Source: Anaerolineaceae bacterium (GTDB lineage Bacteria > Chloroflexota > Anaerolineae > Anaerolineales > Anaerolineaceae). From it: DNA of 64,000 bases. This document shows positions 59,283-64,000 of this stretch, piece by piece. A program made the position numbers and the translations under genes. Below the pieces are notes generated by a model. The model had not been told where the DNA came from, did no database searches, and was given only the letters and a program-made list of their open reading frames with translations. Position 1 is the first letter of the stretch, and every line of letters begins with the position of its first letter. Location: contig DAOUGQ010000007.1 in NCBI GenBank assembly GCA_034429195.1, positions 251,899 to 315,898 on the forward strand, given 5' to 3'.

Positions 59283-60158
59283 TTATTCGCCATCGATCAC
59301 TTCACATGCAAGACCTGGTAATGTATTCAGAACTATATCGTAATCTTCTATACCTTTGGGCTCATCAATACCAGGCTTGACAGCGATCTGCAATAGCCGG
59401 TGTACTTTAGCTGAGGAATACTGTCCATTTGGATTATTATGTTTCCACCAATATAGTTTGTTAACTTCCATGCTACCTTCTGGGCGTGCCGATGAAGCAT
59501 CATTACGGAACAGGGTTTTCAACGCTTCCTTGATATCTTCTGCATCTTCATCAGAGAAGCCCGTGTTCGAAGCAAGGTGTGGATTCATGCTACCATAAAA
59601 TACATATACCCCATGGTCTACACGATGCTTCATCCCCATCGTGTCCGAAGCCTTTTTCGTGCCATCGCCTTCACCGCTTACGCTCTTGGTGATCTGAATA
59701 CTGGAAACACGATCGAGTACTGGAACCACTGAAAATGCGGGGTGAAGCGAAACAGGACCACGAATACCGATAGAAACACCAGAAGCATTGCCCGCTCCTC
59801 CGCTGAATGCAAAAACCTGTCCAAAAGCGCGCACATCTACCCATGTTGCACAGGCTGCAGTACGAAATGTGTTTTCATATTTTCTCTGCTCAGCGCTTAA
59901 AACTCCTTCTGCGCGGGAACGAAGGCTTGGATAATCATCTACCCTCTTATCATCGGATTGAACAAAGATAGCTTTCTTCATATCCATCAGCCGGTTTCGA
60001 ATTTTTCGCTTTAAAGCAACATCAGAAATTTCACCATTTCCATCGTAGTCATACCGGGGGCGGTTGCCATTCAACGGATCACCATTGGGATTGGCATGTT
60101 TTACTGAAATGATCACTGCAAAATCTATTTTATTCGTTAGAGTAGTCATTATGTTCAT
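59283..60158 (-). CDS. cas7: Cas7c (Csd2)
   Basis: ANPNGDPLNGNRPR is the Csd2/Cas7 signature. The start may be the ATG at 60149. Confidence 0.9.
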   Translation of the reverse strand: MNIMTTLTNKIDFAVIISVKHANPNGDPLNGNRPRYDYDGNGEISDVALKRKIRNRLMDMKKAIFVQSDDKRVDDYPSLRSRAEGVLSAEQRKYENTFRTAACATWVDVRAFGQVFAFSGGAGNASGVSIGIRGPVSLHPAFSVVPVLDRVSSIQITKSVSGEGDGTKKASDTMGMKHRVDHGVYVFYGSMNPHLASNTGFSDEDAEDIKEALKTLFRNDASSARPEGSMEVNKLYWWKHNNPNGQYSSAKVHRLLQIAVKPGIDEPKGIEDYDIVLNTLPGLACEVIDGE

Positions 60159-60181
60159 TCCCTTTCTATTCGAATTTTTTG

Positions 60182-60580
60182 TTATTCCAAATTTTCATGG
60201 TTATTTTCGTGCTCTTCAGATAATAAATTATCTTTCTTCTCAGTCAGCTTCTGTCGCTGGCAGTAATACCCAAGGAGGTATTCTCCAGTAAGAGCTTTAT
60301 TGCTGATGAAGTCAGCTGGATCGAATAAGCTTTCAACTTGAGCGATCAGGTTTTTGTAATAATGAGCACCCCCTAATCGAAGAATGGAAGGCGCAAGTGA
60401 ATCATGGATCTGTTTCCAGGTGCGGAAAGGACTCTGAGAGAACTGTTGCATATACCGTGCAGCATTGGTGGCACGTTTTTGTTCATTTTTATAAAGTGCC
60501 CTTTCTTCAAGAATATCCGCAATAGCAAGAAGCCTTCCATAGAGGTAGTCACGAGAATTTCTGGTTTCATCCAATGGCAT
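60182..60580 (-). CDS. cas11: Cas11c small subunit from an internal start within cas8c (predicted)
   Basis: In-frame ATG at 60580 (MPLDETRNSRDYLYGRLL...) preceded by AAGGAGAG about 8 nt upstream. The 132-aa helical product shares the cas8c stop. Confidence 0.5.
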   Translation of the reverse strand: MPLDETRNSRDYLYGRLLAIADILEERALYKNEQKRATNAARYMQQFSQSPFRTWKQIHDSLAPSILRLGGAHYYKNLIAQVESLFDPADFISNKALTGEYLLGYYCQRQKLTEKKDNLLSEEHENNHENLE

Positions 60581-62113
60581 GTTAAAACTCTCCTTTCTTT
60601 CTTTATATTTTTTAAACAAAGCACAGGCTATACTGAGTGTTTTTTCCCAATCCCAGTTATTCAATCCAATTCGGTTCGATGCTCTTCGGACTGTTGATTC
60701 AACAAGATCACGGGGGATGGGCAGACCATCCACAATACAAGGAAGCAGGCGGGAAATCGTAGCTTTTCGGAGCTTATCATCCACGCGAATTCCATAGGCA
60801 GCTTCTGCGATGTCAGTTGGGGCAGGTGCACCAATGAATGGAACGATCTGTCTTTTACCACTTTCACTATCCTGAACTTCTCGATAACGATGTAGCCATG
60901 CACATGTTGCGTGCCAGGTTTCAATTCTTTTCAGAAAATCTGGTCCTGATAGTTCGTTATAGTAGGTAATGGACATGCGACCTGGCGTTGCTGAATCCAA
61001 TGCTATGACAGTGATCTTTTCTCTTATATCCATTTTCCTGCCATACCCAGCAATTCTGTTCTTCAGTTGCACAGCAGTTTCTTGCGCCGTATAGGATTGA
61101 AAATCCTCATCAGAAGGAATATCGCCAAATAACAGTGTGATCGGATCATCGGTAGGCTGTGGGACTGGAGCGCCTGATAACGCCCAGGCAACAATAGCAA
61201 GATCTCCTTTTACATATCCTTGTCGGCTAATTAACCAAGAAAGCACATAATGAGCTTTTTGAGAAACCTCAAGGCCAACCTTGCAGGCTTGTTCATCACT
61301 AATGAAACGTCCTCGAAAAGTATAACCGTTTGAATCATTGGCAGAAATGATTTTTGCCCCATCGCCTTCTCTGCGAATGTATTTGGGATGGTTTTTAGAG
61401 ATAATCTGATATTCTCCTGTAGCATAACAGAGAGATTTATCATTCCTATTCTTAAGATAAAAATCTATCCAACTTTTCCATAATGTTGGATCCATCCACA
61501 CTCTGCTCTCAGAAATGCCAGGTTCTTCAACAATCCAACGGACAAATGCGTTTTCCTGGGGATCAACAACAGAAAAAATATCCTTCTGATTTTTGTCTCT
61601 ACTTACTTCTCCTTTATTTAAGAATTTTCCATCTTTTCCAACATAAAGAATCTGGTTTGCAATCAGGTCTTCGATCAATGCTTTTTTCTTAACATAATTC
61701 AAGACAGCTTGTGCTTTTGGATGAGCGTATGGTGACATGCACCACATAGAAAGTATTTCAATGTAATCATTATAGGGTTGCTCTGGAGAAAAACCAGACG
61801 TCACCTTGCCGCCATGATTGGTAAAATCTCCTGCTACATACTGAAGCTTATCGCAAAGAGGGTGATTTTCTGGACGACTTCCACTTCTGCTGCCTGAACC
61901 TTCAGTACAGGGAATAATTGTAGTCGAGTTGGCTTTCTCAGTAATCACGCTTGCCCGTCTGAAGTTACCCTTGTGATCTATTACAATTTCGATATGAGCC
62001 TGCGTAGTAATATGGCATATAGGTAGTAAAGGTCTTTGTTTTTCTTTCCCCGAATAACCAATACTATCCTGGCAATTCTCATAGGTTTGATATAGGTTCT
62101 GGAGCCAACTCAT
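60182..62113 (-). CDS. cas8c: Cas8c (Csd1) large subunit
   Basis: MSWLQNLYQTYEN is a Csd1-type N-terminus. The ATG at 62113 lies 1 nt after the cas5 stop and has AAGGAG upstream. Confidence 0.85.
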   Translation of the reverse strand: MSWLQNLYQTYENCQDSIGYSGKEKQRPLLPICHITTQAHIEIVIDHKGNFRRASVITEKANSTTIIPCTEGSGSRSGSRPENHPLCDKLQYVAGDFTNHGGKVTSGFSPEQPYNDYIEILSMWCMSPYAHPKAQAVLNYVKKKALIEDLIANQILYVGKDGKFLNKGEVSRDKNQKDIFSVVDPQENAFVRWIVEEPGISESRVWMDPTLWKSWIDFYLKNRNDKSLCYATGEYQIISKNHPKYIRREGDGAKIISANDSNGYTFRGRFISDEQACKVGLEVSQKAHYVLSWLISRQGYVKGDLAIVAWALSGAPVPQPTDDPITLLFGDIPSDEDFQSYTAQETAVQLKNRIAGYGRKMDIREKITVIALDSATPGRMSITYYNELSGPDFLKRIETWHATCAWLHRYREVQDSESGKRQIVPFIGAPAPTDIAEAAYGIRVDDKLRKATISRLLPCIVDGLPIPRDLVESTVRRASNRIGLNNWDWEKTLSIACALFKKYKERKESFNMPLDETRNSRDYLYGRLLAIADILEERALYKNEQKRATNAARYMQQFSQSPFRTWKQIHDSLAPSILRLGGAHYYKNLIAQVESLFDPADFISNKALTGEYLLGYYCQRQKLTEKKDNLLSEEHENNHENLE

Positions 62114-62114
62114 C

Positions 62115-62843
62115 TTACACCACTCCTTCCTTATATCCTTCGAGAAGACCTTTTTCCTCAAGTCCGCTGGAAAGAATTGGCTTCGCTTTCATCATCCTCA
62201 CAAAATTACGTGTGATGGATTTATCCTCTGGAGGTGGAAATTCAACTACCCCTTTGATCATTTTTGGGTGCCAAAAGCGAGCCCAAAACTCACCATCCTT
62301 CACCTCGTCTGGATAATCAAAACCATGAAACATCAGCCCAAAGGACAGCTCATCTGGATAATTGTCATAAAAACCTATACCTTCTCCGAAAACGCAGGGC
62401 TCAACATAACCCTGACATTCGCGTGTACCAAGAAAAATGTCTCTCCGTCCTCCCCTCTCTATCATGCGTTTAGCAACAAAGTAATGTTTATTCTCGTTTT
62501 GGTCTGCAGCCATATCTTTCCTTTGACAATTCCAGATAAAATGTGCCTGAACCTGATATTCAACATCAGAAAGATAGGTATAGATTGAGAGATCATTGCT
62601 ATTGGTATGATATTTAATCGGTCTGATACTGCGAGATTGCGTTTTGATGGGTTTCATCACCCTGACCTTGTCAATCACCCAGATGATCGTTGGCTTCCAG
62701 TAGACCGAACTCAGAATCCCTTTCAGTGCTTCATATGTGGGAATCTGATATGAATACTTCTCACCTCCTATCTTTGTTATGGGGTCGGTAAACAACGCAT
62801 ACTTTCCCCACACTTTGAATTCCACAATATTCTTATTTTGCAT
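62115..62843 (-). CDS. cas5: Cas5c/Cas5d pre-crRNA endoribonuclease
   Basis: EFKVWGKYALFTDP...YWKPTIIW is typical of Cas5d. The ATG at 62843 has AGGAGG upstream. Confidence 0.9.
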   Translation of the reverse strand: MQNKNIVEFKVWGKYALFTDPITKIGGEKYSYQIPTYEALKGILSSVYWKPTIIWVIDKVRVMKPIKTQSRSIRPIKYHTNSNDLSIYTYLSDVEYQVQAHFIWNCQRKDMAADQNENKHYFVAKRMIERGGRRDIFLGTRECQGYVEPCVFGEGIGFYDNYPDELSFGLMFHGFDYPDEVKDGEFWARFWHPKMIKGVVEFPPPEDKSITRNFVRMMKAKPILSSGLEEKGLLEGYKEGVV

Positions 62844-62853
62844 TGAGACCTCC

Positions 62854-64000
62854 TTAAGAAAACTCACATGTCACATCATTTGCATTCTCAGTATTTAATC
62901 CAAATTTTTCATCGTAACAATTTTTCTTGAGATAGAAAATACCTGCACCTTTCTGAACTTCAGAGATAGCACCTGAATCCACAAGCTTTTGAAATACATA
63001 AGGGAAAAGGTTAACAGAATATTTTTGTGCTCGCCGGAGTAATCGGTACTGCTTATCAAGCTCAGATGTACTGCATAATTCATTCACAATATCTTCCCCT
63101 TCTCTTCCATAGTAAACCACTACACCACGTGTCGGAGAATCAATCACACGGAAGGATTCAGCCGCACTTTGAAATGCCTGTGGAAAACAAATATCGGGGG
63201 CGGTTTCATAAATGGCTTTGTATTTTTTTACAGAAAGAGTATTCTGCGAAAGGACATTGACTAAATCATCATCCCTGCCCATAGGTGAATTAACACTTAC
63301 TTTGTATCGCATTTCTCCCCTACGGACGTGATAATAGTATTGGTAATATGCCGCCATCGCATCAAGCCCGATCAGATCATTTTCAAAAAGGCCTGGTTCA
63401 TTTATAAAATCATCTAAAACGCGCTCTGCTTGTTGTGAACCAATTACAATAGGTTGCAATCTTTCGATGTTTTGTTCTATTGGATTTATGATTAAAACAT
63501 TTCCAAACCCTGCCTGCATTCCATTCCGGTTACATCTCCCTGCAGATTGAGCGATTGAATCTAATCCTGCCAGATAACGGATTACTGCGCCAAAATCAAT
63601 ATCCACGCCTGCTTCAATAAGCTGCGTACTGATGCAAATTACGCGCTGCTGTTTAGAAAGTTTTTCTTTAACTTCATTTAATACATTCAAGCGATGCGCT
63701 GGACACATATTAGTACTCAGATGGTAGAGGTTCAGATCTTCCATTTTCCTGTTTTCAATGGTTTGGTACAATGAGCGAGCAGATTTTTTTGTATTAACAA
63801 CGACCAATACACTTCCTTTACACTTAAGTTGTTGTTCTGCCAGGCTAGCTACTTCTTCATCATTCCATCCACCGACTTTACGATTGTCAAAAACCTCTAC
63901 CCGTTTTAACTTCTTGTAAAGTTCTTTTTCATTCTGGATAATCCGTTGGTCGGCCTGAATAGTCAGTGAATGGTAAGCAGAATCAAGCTTATCAAGAGGT
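62854..64000 (-). CDS. cas3: Cas3 helicase-nuclease, C-terminal part (the 5' end lies outside the window)
   Basis: Helicase motif VI IAQSAGRCNR. The reverse frame remains open from 63807 to base 64000 (...KELYKKLKRVEVFDNRKVGGWNDEEVASLAEQQLKCKGSVLVVVNTKK). Confidence 0.9.
   Translation of the reverse strand, partial: PLDKLDSAYHSLTIQADQRIIQNEKELYKKLKRVEVFDNRKVGGWNDEEVASLAEQQLKCKGSVLVVVNTKKSARSLYQTIENRKMEDLNLYHLSTNMCPAHRLNVLNEVKEKLSKQQRVICISTQLIEAGVDIDFGAVIRYLAGLDSIAQSAGRCNRNGMQAGFGNVLIINPIEQNIERLQPIVIGSQQAERVLDDFINEPGLFENDLIGLDAMAAYYQYYYHVRRGEMRYKVSVNSPMGRDDDLVNVLSQNTLSVKKYKAIYETAPDICFPQAFQSAAESFRVIDSPTRGVVVYYGREGEDIVNELCSTSELDKQYRLLRRAQKYSVNLFPYVFQKLVDSGAISEVQKGAGIFYLKKNCYDEKFGLNTENANDVTCEFS

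Noticed and set aside
62115-62161. Apparent 47-nt cas5/cas8c overlap and 14-nt cas3/cas5 overlap in the ORF track.
   Set aside because: Both result from choosing the most upstream start. RBS-supported ATGs at 62113 (cas8c) and 62843 (cas5) remove the overlaps.

Overview
This is a bacterial chromosomal segment with standard genetic code; TGA, TAA and TAG all end intact genes. I cannot name the taxon.

Layout:
- 1-29.8 kb: ordinary metabolic and housekeeping genes. These include an Eis-like GNAT, a Zn alcohol dehydrogenase, and a squalene/phytoene synthase plus CrtI-type desaturase pair. Next come oligoendopeptidase F and a minus-strand run of GPH transporter, amidohydrolase, ADP-ribosylglycohydrolase and a BMP-family ABC transporter. 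The block ends with an ATP-grasp plus GNAT pair, a PAS-GAF-GGDEF sensor, an ArsR-type regulator, surE, tRNA-Arg, MBL hydrolase, IMPase, HD protein, hutI and Mrp/ApbC.
- About 29.8-45.2 kb: a mosaic, partly AT-rich accessory island. It holds a 5'-truncated MuF-type polymorphic-toxin remnant with a putative immunity ORF and two holin-like membrane ORFs. It also holds drug-modifying-type enzymes, an HNH protein with a HEPN-like neighbour, two peptidases and at least three decayed genes.
- 45.1-57.1 kb: a very large type I-C CRISPR locus with 167 identical 32-nt repeats and 166 spacers, counted by hand. A near-perfect orphan repeat sits 888 bp beyond the trailer end, separated from the array by an AT-rich insert carrying an XRE-type HTH gene.
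- 57.3-64.0 kb: a complete type I-C cas operon on the minus strand (cas3 partial, cas5c, cas8c with an internal Cas11c start, cas7c, cas4, cas1, cas2).

I cannot demonstrate a new system from sequence alone. The best candidates for follow-up are:
- the interrupted array trailer with the HTH gene
- the redundant, overlapping spacer content
- the HNH / Gly-repeat / Zn-ribbon protein with its HEPN-like neighbour
- the orphan MuF toxin/immunity cassette

All ORF-track entries inside 46.07-57.15 kb are translation artefacts of the repeats.
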